DNA of 63,453 nt, the filler included, from Choristocarpus tenellus KU-1152 (taxonomy: Eukaryota; Protista; Phaeophyceae): the NCBI GenBank assembly GCA_964200185.2. It is 9 parts of 9 records of this genome, joined end to end, with 100 filler letters (N's around TTAATTAATTAA, not from the genome) between each part and the next. Parts side by side here need not be neighbours in the genome. Positions count along the whole stretch, not along the records: positions 1 to 3,771 come from CAXNAD020018016.1; positions 3,872 to 12,941 come from CAXNAD020004021.1; 7 more parts are not named here. One strand, written 5' to 3'. The notes under the pieces are model-generated. The model had not been told where the DNA came from, did not search any database, and was given only the letters and a program-made list of their open reading frames with translations. The position numbers and the translations under genes were made by a program. Shown here one piece after another: positions 1 through 12,378 of the stretch. The first letter of the stretch is position 1. Every line of letters starts with the position of its first letter.

Positions 1-2198
1 CGGGTTTATCACCTTTATCCTCTTTGATGATTTTGGGGATACTTTAACACCTTCCCTTCGGCCGGCCGCCCTGGTTCTCCCTTCGCCCGCCGTCACCAGG
101 CTTCCCCACAGACTTCGTCCCTTTACCACCTGGTGATGGACTCGCCGCTCTCTTCCTCCTTTCCCGAGGCGGAAGAGAATGCAGAGCAGTGCTCCGCTAG
201 GGTTGAAGATCCAACCGCGTTTGTGTGGTAATGCTTTCCATGTATCTTCTCTCAGCGTCAGTGTCATGGCCACGTGACCCAATGCGCGATTTGATCATGC
301 TGCTGCGCCACAGTACACGTACTTTCTCGTCACCTTACATCGCACCGAGTGTCACACCTTATTTGTTTTTCTGTCGCTTCTCGACAGAGAAGGTGCCGAG
401 GGTAGATCCAAGGGGCGGAGTGGCCTCGACTGCTCTCCTTGTCTCGCCGTTATTGTTCATGTTGCTGTGTGACTCACGTGTGTGTGTGTGCTTACAGCCT
501 GTATGCAAATCGCGCTAAAATTATGTCCGCAAATTTTACAATTTTTATCGATATTGCCACAAGGATTGTAATTTAGCAGCGGCCTAACCCATATCAGATT
601 TCTGTGGGGAGTTCAGCCAACCACTTAATTTTAGTATCTTTTGAAGTTGTATCCATAAAAAAACTACGCCGGGGATATTCCTCCGCGTTCCTACCATTAT
701 TTGATCGAGGCATAGTTCTCATTCATCATACATTCATGGATACAAACCTTAAAAAGCTCTTGTCGTAACCTTTCATTATATATATATATATATATATATT
801 GTGATGTAAATCTTGTGGCAATCAATACAGTGAAAAAAGGCTAGATTGCTCCAGAGGGTTAAGCTACTGGTACCATTTTTGCTCTGTACATTAGGGCTGA
901 GCTTTCGGTATGGTGTGATGTCTTAACGGATCAAGCAGGGTACAAGTGGATTGACTCATTTTCCTCAACGAGGCGAGCAACTAACATTGCTTTGGTGTGT
1001 TGCACAACAAAACAATAAGTAAAGGGATGCGAATGTCCCGCACCAACCTTACATATAATGGGGCCATTGAACCAGCTGTCAGCTTGCCCCCTCCCTATAT
1101 TAGGCTTGAAAGAGGTGAGTTATGGAGCGAGTTGTAACACTAGTATTTCGTATTAAGCCAAACCAATCGAGAAGTGCGCAGCTTTTAATCCTTTTGCATT
1201 CTAAGCCATCTTTCTTGCCCTGTGCTATAAACTCTATTTCATTGCTTTATGCGTGCAATCGTGTACGCAAAATTGACATCCCCCCTTTTCGCACACAGAG
1301 TGACACCACAATTAGGAAAGATTCTTTCTGTAATTGTACAAAATGACGCATGTTTGGCCTTTCTCAGGATCCTTGAAATGCAACCCTGTCTATCTCTCAA
1401 TTGGTTTTACTCATCCATAGTATTCTTCAATGTATAATTTTATCGTGTAGGGTTCGAGAGAGTGGCATTGCAGCTTGTAGCAGTGGTGGAGGCAAGGTCA
1501 AGCAGCGCACACATCGGTGGCATATTTGAACATAGAGCAGGAGACAGATTCACCAAAATTCTAGAGAATATTCTTATTGTGGTAAATGCATATGCCTCCC
1601 TAGTGATCGTGAAAGACCGTTAGCCTTTTAAAAATTATGGTTTAGCACCCCTATGTCATTGTAGGCCAACTTTAGAGTGTACGTTCGCTGTTGGCACCCA
1701 CTACATAGTACGGGCCACAAGGAGGTTCAAAAATAGTATTGAAACTGAAATTAAGACTCCCTACACCCATTTATTGTTCCTACCCAATACCATTCCTCAG
1801 TCACTGGGATGACTGTTCCTAGTCTACATCACTGACTACAATCACCGAGCCTGCAGTGATCATGGTGTGGTTGTTCGGGAACATGTGGTCGGGGTGGCTT
1901 TGGTTGAAGAAGAGCTCAGCATCTTCGATATTATCTCCTTCGCGTGGGGGGAGGATACTACCACACAAACAATTCCTGACTAGAAGACGTCGACAGAAGG
2001 AGCTATTGAAAGTATCATCGACAAGAATAATATATATACTCTGTATATACCCAAGTCAGCCCAAATAAACATGGGAACAATAACATCTATAGTGCATCAA
2101 ATAGTGTTGAGGCTTAGAGATGAAAAAATGATACGTTCAGCGAGATGCACACCCTGACCGTTCATGTACAACAATTTGTCGCTTCTAGGCCAACACCA

Positions 2199-2456
2199 GA
2201 GCTAAAGTAGACGAGAGGTACCCAGGTTTTGCCCGTTTTGCATTTTAAGTATGTTTTTCGATCTTTTGCAGTTCACTCATATATCTATGGATGAACTTTC
2301 AAGTTTAACTTGAGAGCGTTTATTTCTCTATTCCTTTAAATTGTTCCGAAGGAATTCAGAAAATATCCTATACTCATTTGAAAAAAACGCAAATTTCCAC
2401 AAATTTGTCAGCATCCTTAAAGTGCAACTCTGGGTACCTCTCGTCTATGTTGACTC
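2199..2456. mobile_element. Non-autonomous TIR element (MITE family C)
   Basis: Termini GAGCTAAAGTAGACGAGAGGTACCCAG ... CTGGGTACCTCTCGTCTATGTTGACTC are imperfect inverted repeats, flanked by ACCA on both sides (2195-2198, 2457-2460). Related single ends occur at ~3139, ~11030-11076 and ~59570-59613. Confidence 0.75.
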
Positions 2457-3771
2457 ACCAGCATAACCATAGCTTAGTGGACCAGCATAGGGCGTATCTA
2501 CATAGCTGCTGGACCATCCACAAGAAGATTGTCAAGGATCACAATGTGTGGCGAGCACGCAGTCACTTTGCACAATACCCACAGTGCTTCAGGGATAATG
2601 TTGCCTTGCCTTCCAACGTCTGGATTGCTGCGGAATCTATGCCATGTAGGGCTTAATCGTTTCCTGAATGCTTCCTTAGAACTGCCGTGGGTCTTCACTG
2701 AGTTTGTACTTGTAGTCGTGTCAAAGGTCCCTTCTAGAGGGCAACTGTAGTCGAACCCTGTCAGATGAGCTAATGGTGATTCTCCTGGTATATAGTCCAT
2801 CAATGGCTGTGGCGTCAATGCTGCCTACTAAATCTATCCACCTCAGGTGGAACGTCCAGGTAATTAGCATAACAGTAGCTCATCAATCTACAGTAGTATG
2901 CAGCAGTGCGAGTCGGGGGGGATCATAGTTGTCAGGGGCACGAGGCAGAAGAGTGTTGCACCCCAAACCCAATGCAGAGACAACAATGGAGGGTAGCATG
3001 GCATCAAGATAAGTACTGCATAGCATACCATTTTCACCCTTAGTTGCTCCTGCAATGAGTTATTGTTGGCTACAATAGAAGCATCTTGATTATAAACTCG
3101 AAAATCGTGTTTTGTGACGACAATCTCAACGCTGAACAGAGCCAAAGTAGGTGAGAGGTAGGCAAGGTTGCATTCTAAGGATCCCCAGAAATAATGGAAA
3201 AAGACCCGATTTTGTATGATATCAGAAGAGCCATAGCTCTATTGTGACGTTACTTTGGGTGTGTGAAGGGAGGAAATTAACTGGGCGTACACTATCGTGC
3301 ACATAGTGCAATGAAATAGGGTGCACATTGCAAGGGTAAGAAATATGGCTTAGAATGCAAAAGGGCCCTTTCCATCGTAGCATTGAAAAAAAACAATGTG
3401 TGCTCTGCTGTATTCCACAGGTCCTAAAAACGAACTTTAGATTATTTCTTGACGGCGAGGATATAGAAAACTGAGATGTTGGCACATATCTTGTTACATG
3501 ACAGCAATTCTCGATTTTCTTGTGTAAATGATAATGTTTGCACTCCTTCCTTATTTACGTTTTTTGTGATCTCTTCTACTTATAAACAAATTCGAGGCAA
3601 CCCCTCCCTTTCGAGAGTTCTGAGGAATGTTAAAGCCTAGGAATTGCAAAAGACCAAGTCCTCGGGGTTAAATTAACGGTAAAGTTTGAAAGCTGGACGC
3701 ACAGCTTGCTATCATTAGGTTCCTAAATGTGTGGAATATCTTATATGCACCATGGGTCAAAGTATCTGGGG

Positions 3772-3871
3772 NNNNNNNNNNNNNNNNNNNNNNNNNNNNN
3801 NNNNNNNNNNNNNNNTTAATTAATTAANNNNNNNNNNNNNNNNNNNNNNNNNNNNNNNNNNNNNNNNNNNN
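3772..3871. other. Artificial contig-joining linker (N44-TTAATTAATTAA-N44)
   Basis: The same 100-nt cassette, with stops in all six frames, also occurs at 12942-13041, 18377-18476, 29580-29679, 32871-32970, 52830-52929, 57694-57793 and 60500-60599. Separate 10-N scaffold gaps lie at 15563-15572 and 53268-53277. Confidence 0.98.
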
Positions 3872-4345
3872 AATGTGGATTTATGTACAAAGCGTGTGTC
3901 CAGAAGTCTTCTTCGGGAGTGTCTCCTACAGAGAAAAAAAAAAAAAAAACAGGTGGCATTACACTGCTGCCCAACCCAAAAAAAAAAAAACAGATAATTT
4001 TGAAAAGGTCACCATTTCCCGCCAACTGAAAATGGTACAATCAAGCATCTCAGCGGAATGGTAAGACATGCTACACGGTGTGTACCATCACCAATGGTAC
4101 CAAACATTTTGAAAGATAGATATATATATACAGATATACACCACTATACATACCATACCCCATTAACTAATACATTGTAACCCTCTAGCGAGGAGGCTGG
4201 AGTGTGACAGACCCAGAGCAGCACTCACTTGAGAGAGCCGGCGCAACCCCTGATCCAAAACAACCCTTAAAAAACATCACTCCTCTACATAGGGGGGACA
4301 GGGCGGGTTGGTTTCAGTGACAACAGCTCTTCTGTATGGAACACG

Positions 4346-4467
4346 TGTAGTTGGTTGGGTGTAGTTGGTTGTATGTAGTTGGTTGTATGTAGTTGGTTGT
4401 ATGTAGTTGGTTGTATGTAGTTGGTTGTATGTAGTTGGTTGTATGTAGTTGGTTGTATGTAGTTGGT
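4346..4467. repeat. 14-bp tandem repeat (GTAGTTGGTTGTAT)n
   Basis: About 8-9 near-perfect copies. A (TATG)n microsatellite follows at ~4587-4645. Confidence 0.95.
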
Positions 4468-4787
4468 CACAACCCAGACTTTCGATAGACACGGAATTAA
4501 TCAAAAAAATTAACGCACGAGTTGGAGAGCACGCAAGCTCCCAAGACAATAGTAGTTGATAAGAGCCTAGATATGTACTCCACGCATGTATGTATGTATG
4601 TATGTATGTATGTATGTATATATGTATGTATGTATATATGTATACATGACGCAAAACCAAAACTCCCACAGAACCAAGTTGAAAAGAAAAATATATTTGA
4701 GCGAACGAACGACGAGCTACAACCAACGCCTTGTCAAGAATCTGCTCCACCAACAGCTTGCTTGCCCGTGTGCTGGACACGTGTCGC

Positions 4788-4843
4788 ATAGGATAAGGAT
4801 TAGGATTAGGATTAGGGTTAGGGTTAGGGTTAGGGTTAGGGTT
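4788..4843 (+). repeat. Interstitial telomeric repeat, (TTAGGA)n grading into (TTAGGG)n
   Basis: Direct reading: taggataaggattaggattaggattagggttagggttagggttagggttagggtt. Confidence 0.9.
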
Positions 4844-5756
4844 CCATCAGTGTCCTGACACAGAATTACGGGTCGAAATTTTAAAAACTCATAGCTTTAA
4901 CGGTACTATTCTTAACGGTACTATTTGACCCTAAGACGGCTTAAGGTATACCTGCAAAATTCTTCAACTTTGCGGCGCTAGGAAGAGGAGAGAATGGTGC
5001 GTATTGATGTTGGGTTTAGGGTTAGGGTTTATGCCAAAAGGGACTTGGGGACTAGGATGACTCTTACTGCTGGACAACACAACATATAGGGTTAGGGTTA
5101 GCACTAACTATTCTCGACATCAGGGCAAAACAGATTGCATCGATAAGAAAAAATAACCAGATCAGGAAGGCGTTTGTTGTGGCATAGCAGCGGCCGGCAT
5201 ACAATAATAAATAAATATACAGTACCAATAGGCATAGGTAACGTTTCACAGAGATTTTGGGGGGGAAGCTCATTATGATGGGTTTAAGCAAGACCCCTCA
5301 CAGAAAAGAAAAAAAATCTGATATAATCTTGTGCATATACAGCCTGCCCTCCAAGACCGCTCAAACTGATGCTGAACAGATAGTAAGGTATTGATACTGA
5401 CAGTACTTGGCATATATACAACAACTGCCTGTGTGGTGAACCTGTACACTATACTACATACCTACTGCCATACACCAAACAGCCAGGCACAAACATACAT
5501 AGACCAACCAACCCTAACCCTAGAATATCAGTACCACAAACCTAGACCTTCAATAGCAACACAACAAAACTCCGAAACCCTCAGACATTATTTCATCCCT
5601 AATATAGAAATACAAGTACAAACATTTAGTACAGAAAACAAATGCACTCCACTTCAACCAGTTGATCACCCTAATCCCAACCTTAGACCTAACCCAGAAT
5701 ACACAGATACACCCTAACCCTAAACCTAATGCTGCATAAATCTCTCTCTGAATCAC

Positions 5757-6541
5757 CTTTGCCTCCAACTCACGTCTCCCACCAGCCCCTCGCCCCCTTG
5801 CAACACCTCGACCTCTGTCCCGACCTCGGCCCCGGCCCTGACCCCAGACCTGTTTCCCACCCCGTAGCCCATCCTGTAGTCCACACTGACCCAGAGCTGA
5901 TGAAGGAAACGCCTCATGTCCCGATCGATCTCGATCAGTCTCATCCCTATCCCACCCCCACCCTTCTTCTACTTCACCTCCGCTAGACCTGCTGCCAGAA
6001 GAGGAGCCTGAGTCAATGTCATCCACGCTGGACGCACAGGCTCTGAAACTCCCACCACTCCCTACCAAAACGCCTTTCTGTGGAGGTGAAAATATCGATT
6101 GGGGTAGACCACCACCGACAACATTAGCAACTACCCCCACACCCCATCCTGACCCCCATCCACGTCGGGAGGCACCCATAGGCACCAATAAGTCCCTCAG
6201 CTTTGATCCATTGCAAAGAAAAGAATTGTGATGATGATAATGATGGTGATGCCCAGTACTTAAGACAGTAGGGGCTGGTGGAGTGCTGCGAGGGTGAGAC
6301 TGGGATTGTTGACAGGTTTTGTAGTATTGGGAAGGCGAATTGAAGGCGAGGCAGTCCCATCTCCTGCATCCGCAGCAGCGGGTGTCCATGCTACCACCAA
6401 ACCCCGCCAAAGAGCTTAGTTTTGGACCTTGTCCAGCATTGAGCCCATAGGAAGAGTGAGGTTGCGTATGTGTATCCGTTGGAGTCTGTGGCGAATAGGG
6501 CGGCAAGAGGGGTTGCTGTTCGGGAGGGAGGCATGGAGATG
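5757..6541 (-). CDS. Probable large exon of a hypothetical low-complexity (Gly/Ser/His/Arg-rich) protein
   Basis: About 260 open codons between a candidate acceptor (ctcag at 6546-6542) and donor (AAG|gtgatt at 5757). A possible first exon starts at ATG 7687 (MAQKTNMSSL...) and a possible micro-exon RRKVEEFC lies near 4952-4977. No domain recognised. Confidence 0.4.
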
Positions 6542-9230
6542 CTGAGGACTAGGGTTAGGGTTAGGCGTAGAAAGGGTTGGGGTGGATGGTGTACCTGGAT
6601 TGGGTCACGGTTTTGATATTTGGGGTCATGTATTCATTGGGGTTAGATAAGAGGAACAAGGATCTGACGAAGGTCATACTCCTATTTTGTTGTAAAATTG
6701 ACAAATTCAGATTCTTAAATTCTATTGAACTGGCAAAGTCTTCTCCTTGATTAAGACCATCGTGACAAGCATAGAGAGGCTCCTTCCCTCTGCATACCCT
6801 TGTACATGCATGCGTGTGTTTATGTTAACACAACAAAACAATTCCACCACCATCATTTCTATCAGTGGCAAACAAAGATTGAAAAGGTGCGACAGAGCTG
6901 GGACCGGGTTGGATCAGGGCTCAAGTTGCCGCAATGTCCCTTCTTTGCTTACAGACAACATCACTGCAGCAGTCCTTTTCGGTCATAGTAACAGTGCAGC
7001 AGAGTTTTACAAAGATAACAATGTCAAGAAGTAATGCTTGCCATTCAAGACTATTTCGAATACGATGGAGGAACAGAAAAAGCAGGCTGCAAATTGCAAA
7101 CCGTTCAATATGCTTTCGGACTGAGGGGCACAAAATGTTTTAAAGCATGTAGTAGCACTCTGAGGCTGGCTCTGGGTACAAATTTTATCACAACAACTGC
7201 GTGCGGTACGTTATTGATCCTGGACAACCTCCCGTTAATCAGCGTGTGAGCGCCCCACCTGAAAGTAGCACCCTGCTGGGAAACCCCCTGGAAAGGACCT
7301 CCGTAATCCCGCGCGTCTCTCCTGACTTTCATTGAGAGAAGCTCTACTAACACATCCACTGCCCTCAGTCGCCTCCGTGGGTTTGGTTACCTCAAGCAGA
7401 CCGCCTTGAGGCATGGTTTGGCTCGTCCTCGCAACAACTGACCTGGTCGCCGAGGCCTGTGACGGGTGGAGTACAAGAGCGACTGAAACCACCACAACAG
7501 TCGCTTTAACCCCATGTGGAGTTGAAGCTGTGCCAGGGGCTCGAGTCCTTGTGCCGTCACCAGTCCGTCGACGTTGGTGCTCGCTGCCACATCCACCTCT
7601 TTCAACATCTTGCTTAATGCTCTTGTCTACGGTTAGGACTGTCCTTGCCTCGAGGGGTAAGCTTGACATATTCGTTTTCTGTGCCATTCAGGATAGCCAA
7701 GTCCAGGCACCAGGTAATTTAACCTTTGCTTCCGAATGGCAATCGACAATACTCACCAGTCAAGGTAACCCCTCTTGTTGATGATCACCAATGTGCGCTT
7801 ACCGCACAGAACTTTCCTTGCAAAGGAGAGTAGCTAGCCCGATGCAACCCTAGAGTATTTTACGGGAGATGAGAACTGGTTTGGCCTGGTAAAAAGTTTA
7901 TCTAGGTCCCTACACTTCGTCTCTTGGCAATCGCCAAACCACAGCCGTCCCAAGTCTGTTGACCGAGAATGCTTTAGATATGGAGGAACACAATAGCTGA
8001 TCGAGGGCGTTTGAGTAGTTCAAGTCCTGAAGAACTAATATGGCTTGCTCAACGAAATCCCTGGGAAGAGGTCGTGGCAAGCCGTGCTTGACTTTGTCCA
8101 TGTGGTTTGGTCAAGGCAGGTATGGAGTCTTTATATTCTCGAAGGCGTCGTCGATAGGGTGTAACGCCTCATTGTAACTCAATCTTCTCATCTCACGACG
8201 ATCAAATCCAGTCCCCCCATCAACCAGACTTTGGGACCCTCGCACCTGCCAGGACCCTTATATTTTTGAGAATCCTCATGGCACTCAGTCGCAGGGAAGA
8301 AAAGTGAGGAGGTTATTCTTGTACTGCCCCTACTTGGTTTGATTGACCCTCCAACACAAGAAAATTGTCTATATCCATACACTACACGAGCAGTTCAAGA
8401 GGTCCTTGATCTTGCACCTTTCTAATCCGACTTCATTTCTATTAAATGCTCATAGACTGTGAAGACAATGGAACTTCATTATCTAGTATTCTAGTATTGT
8501 GTCAACATAATCTAAAACCCAATTTTATTGGTGCCGATTGATCGCCATCGCCATTTCTCGGAACATCTCAATTAGCCACACTATACGTTCTATTACATTC
8601 TTATCGACACTTTAGTCTTGGACTAGAAACCTAACTCGGTCCTAACTAGCTCCAACCAGAGGTCTGAGGCACAAGAGGTTTTTACGCTCCACTGTTTTCG
8701 AACTACGAACTATCTGCTGTGCTACGAATAATTGAACCAGAAGGACCTACCTTGCACTTGTCTTGTGGTTAGGGTTCAGCCGTCGTACCGCTCGTCACAC
8801 TTCACCTCCTCCCTCGAAACTTAAGTTCTCGCCTACCTGAAATGAAGCCTTGCCACTAAGATTTAGGTTTTCAGAGTATTTTTTGTGGTTATCATATGGT
8901 TTGTTGAAATCAAAATTCCCTCGATAGATACTCTCACTTTGACTCGATTTGAACACGCATATTCCTTTAACAGAACTGGTAGACTACAAACGGTCTGCTC
9001 CAGCAGAAAAGACCATATATAGTTTAGCGCATACACCTTAGTCTGAAGCGTGATCACTACTAATATTAACCATTGACCCCTAAACGGCTAGTGAGAAAGG
9101 TTCATGATATTGTCTCACAGAACAAGGAAATCAATTATTTCATTTCAAGCTACCCGTGAAGTAACTCAGTCCCTGACCGCATCCTTACTAAGGTGTGCTG
9201 TTTTCTACTGGAACTCATTCTTTTTCCTAG

Positions 9231-9378
9231 GTCAAGAGAGAGGCTAAAGGCTCGTGAGGAGGGTTGGGACAACTCAGTGGGCACCACCATTTCACAGTAC
9301 AATGCACTCTTCGATCCAAACATGCGCCACTACTTTGAGACCCCAGCTGTGCAATCCCTTCTGCTCCGCTCAGGCCAG
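9231..9378 (+). CDS. Internal exon resembling the N-terminal domain of ERICH3/C1orf173-like proteins
   Basis: Bounded by tttttcctag| and CAG|gtgatt. Encodes SRERLKAREEGWDNSVGTTISQYNALFDPNMRHYFETPAVQSLLLRSGQ, similar to the YNxLxDxxLxxYF...LLRSG motif. A possible upstream exon at 8040-8119 has a phase-compatible donor. Confidence 0.6.
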
Positions 9379-10736
9379 GTGATTTCTTGAGCCATCTTAC
9401 CACTATTACTTCATTAAACCCCATCAAGGCCAACGCATGTCATTCTGTTGTTTGGATCGTAGAGAAAAATATGCGCCACCTATATCCTTCACCCACCAGG
9501 GGAATATGAGTGGACACTTTGAAGACATGCTTAAATAGAGTAGCATGTCGGTCAAACGAGCCATGAGGTTTTCCCATGGCACAAATGCCATTCTTGATTT
9601 CCTGTCATTAGGCATATATTCAGGAAAACTGGGGTAGGACTCAAATTCGACAGGCATTTCATACCAAGGGTTGTGAGAATCCGGTGTGTTGTCACAGATA
9701 GTGTCATCCCTGTGCACATCCCACAACTTTGGCCATTCTGTGCACAGCAAAGGGTCGCTGTCTCATCCCTACCATCATACCAGGATCACCGCACTTCACT
9801 GGAAAAAAATATCAATGTGGACACTATCTTGATGGGATCTGGTTAGGCACAGGGAGATGAAGAGATTGTGCCCTTGTCCTGCATACTCCCAAAGAGGAGA
9901 AGAGTTGTAAGAGCATCAGTGATGATGAATCCATCATTTCATCAAGGACTTATTCTCCTCCAACTGGAAACACCCTTCTTGTCACCAGCAAGATAAAGGT
10001 GTCCGGCAGGGGGTCGTTTTTTGTGGGAAAGTGCTGTCAACAGGGTTGGGGGCAGTGCCATGTCCAGCATGGCAAAGGACAAGGAAGTGCACAACAATTC
10101 ATCAAGTAGTACCAAAAATGGAAACAGTGATTTTCACCCAGAAGGAAATGAGATGTGTGAGACTTTTTCCAGTACCCTTTGTTGAAGTGACACCACCTTT
10201 TCTTGAATTGAAGACATAGACTCAAGAAGGACATTGCCACACAAGGCAAAAAAGGAGTTCTTGGCTGCTTTGCTTCGAGACCTGTGATGCAGAGGGGATA
10301 CTGGACTGTTCTTGAGCTGATGGATGTTGCCACACTTTGTTCCTGCCTTCTGCACCAACAATTAGCCATGTGCACTTAACACTGCAGGGACACAACGCCA
10401 TACCCGAGCCAATCATACTCCAGGTTCAAGTAACGGACATGTGGACCACCCCCGCCAAAAAAGAATAGATTTTTGTCGCTAAAAAATTGTTGACGTTTGA
10501 GGCATGTTGGCCCCAAAATGGTTGGTTACACGTGCCTTGACAACATGAACTTTCCCCAGTTTACGATATTGGAGCCAAATGAATATGAGAGGTACTTGGG
10601 GTTACATTAATAGGATGCCACCAAATGCATAAGACTATTTTTTTTTTAAATACGTGATGGGGACTTTTCTGAATTCTCGGCAATGGAGAAATCAATTCTC
10701 TCAGTTCAAGAATTAGCACTTCGTCCATAGAATTAA

Positions 10737-10994
10737 GAGCCAAGGTATCTTAGAGGGTGAAGCTGTGTCCGTTTGGGGCCAAAATTCAACGTTGCGATTT
10801 TGATGCAATCTTAGCTATATCGTGTTTGTTAGGAGATGTCAATATCCTTGTTCCGCCCACACCTTCTCATAACATATATTTTACCTACTCCGAGATATTT
10901 TGGAGTAGGAAAATGTCATTAAAAAAAACTTGGGAAGCCAAGCCCCAAATGGACAAACAGGGAAAAACTTGTACCCACTAAGATAATTTCACTC
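10737..10994 (+). mobile_element. MITE family A copy
   Basis: Termini GAGCCAAGGTATCTTAGAGGG ... TACCCACTAAGATAATTTCACTC, flanked by TAA/TAA. Internal sequence is shared with the other family A copies. Confidence 0.8.
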
Positions 10995-11760
10995 TAAGGG
11001 TGAATTCCAAAAGATGAAAAATGTGGTTAAAATGCAAGACGGCCAAACCTTCGTACCTCGCGATTACCCTTGACTCATTGGTCAATTGGGAACAAGCATG
11101 TCTTAAAGGGGTACAACCACTGCACTGCACACACAAAAAAAGTTCATCTTTGAAAAAGGTGCCAAAATAGGAAGGTTCTATTTATTTTTTTTACATGATT
11201 TATGTTTGTTCAGTAGAAGGAGGCAGTGAAGTCTTGCTGTGCATGAGAACTACACCAGGTAGACTTTATGAGGCAACAGAGGAAGAATAAACCCTCAAAA
11301 GTCTTGTGGTACTTCTTGTGGGGAGAGGTATACACTCTATGTAACGGAGGTTCAGAGTTAAACCGTCTAAGTGGAGAGAAGATTTTGACCGTTTTTGGAT
11401 TTCAAAGCCTTCCTGTACCTGGAGTAATACCCTCCATACCTGAGCCTGAAATGCAGTTAACCCCCCCTAGGAGAATGTGGCTGTAGAAGAAGATTAGCTA
11501 TGAACATATTGTTAGCAGAGAGTGCCCTACACAATACACATACACCACAAGGGAGCAATAGGGGCCGTGAAATCTCAACGAAAAAAAAATCTTTTATTTC
11601 ATCACTCTCTATCACAGACTCTCCTGAAAATGTTTGACTGTGGTTGTGTAGCCAAGTGGAGTCTTAATCACATGCTGGTGACACTTCATTTATCACTGTG
11701 TCTAGGGTCAAAAAAAATTATATTGGGGTAGCATGATCATAAATTAGTTCATACAGAACC

Positions 11761-12033
11761 GACCCAAATCATTTAAGAGGGTAGGGCTGCGTCCATTTGG
11801 GGCCATAAATCCAATGTTGCGATCTTGATGAAATTTGGCTATCATGTTTGTTAGCAAGTGTCAATATCCTTACTCCTGACTCACCTTTCATAATCGTATA
11901 CATTTTACCTACTCCGAAACGTTTCAGTGTTCACACAGAAAACCGGAAAAGGGCAAAAAAAAAAACTGTGGGAAGCCAAGCCCCGAACGGATAAACAGGA
12001 TAAAACCTTCTACCCTCTTAAGAGCTTTGGGTT
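11761..12033 (+). mobile_element. MITE family A copy
   Basis: GACCCAAATCATTTAAGAGGGTAG ... CTACCCTCTTAAGAGCTTTGGGTT, flanked by ACC/ACC. Confidence 0.8.
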
Positions 12034-12206
12034 ACCATGCAATTTGGATTGCTGAGAGAGAGAGAGAGAGCATTTCACTAGTGATCAAAATAACTCGATA
12101 GGTATCATTTCAAGGATAGAGCCAGGAAAATCGAAGTGAGCTTCAAAGGCCATCACAACAACAAAAGGTTTGAGGGCTATAGATACATACTGGGCAAGCA
12201 AGCAAG

Positions 12207-12378
12207 GAGTCAAAGTATCTTAGAGGGTAGAGCCGCGTCTACACCTTTTCATAATGTAAACAATTTACCTACTCCGGAACATCTTGGAGTAGGTAAAATG
12301 TAATGAAAAACCCGTGGGAAGCCAAGCCCCAAATGGACAAACAGGGCAGAAATCGTACCCTCTAAGATACTTTCACTC
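12207..12378 (+). mobile_element. MITE family A copy (internally deleted)
   Basis: Near-perfect TIRs GAGTCAAAGTATCTTAGAGGGTA / TACCCTCTAAGATACTTTCACTC. A further fragment lies at ~12785-12880. Confidence 0.8.

Noticed and set aside
3772-3871. Recurrent TTAATTAATTAA motif as a biological element
   Set aside because: It is always centred in exactly 44+44 Ns, so it is a synthetic linker. The similar AT runs at ~24374-24432 and ~62830-62850 are ordinary low-complexity sequence.
10130-10200. Minus-strand GTGKSL Walker-A-like peptide suggesting a helicase
   Set aside because: The frame is short and closed by stops, and no other helicase motifs are visible. Treated as chance within possibly decayed sequence at 9430-10450.
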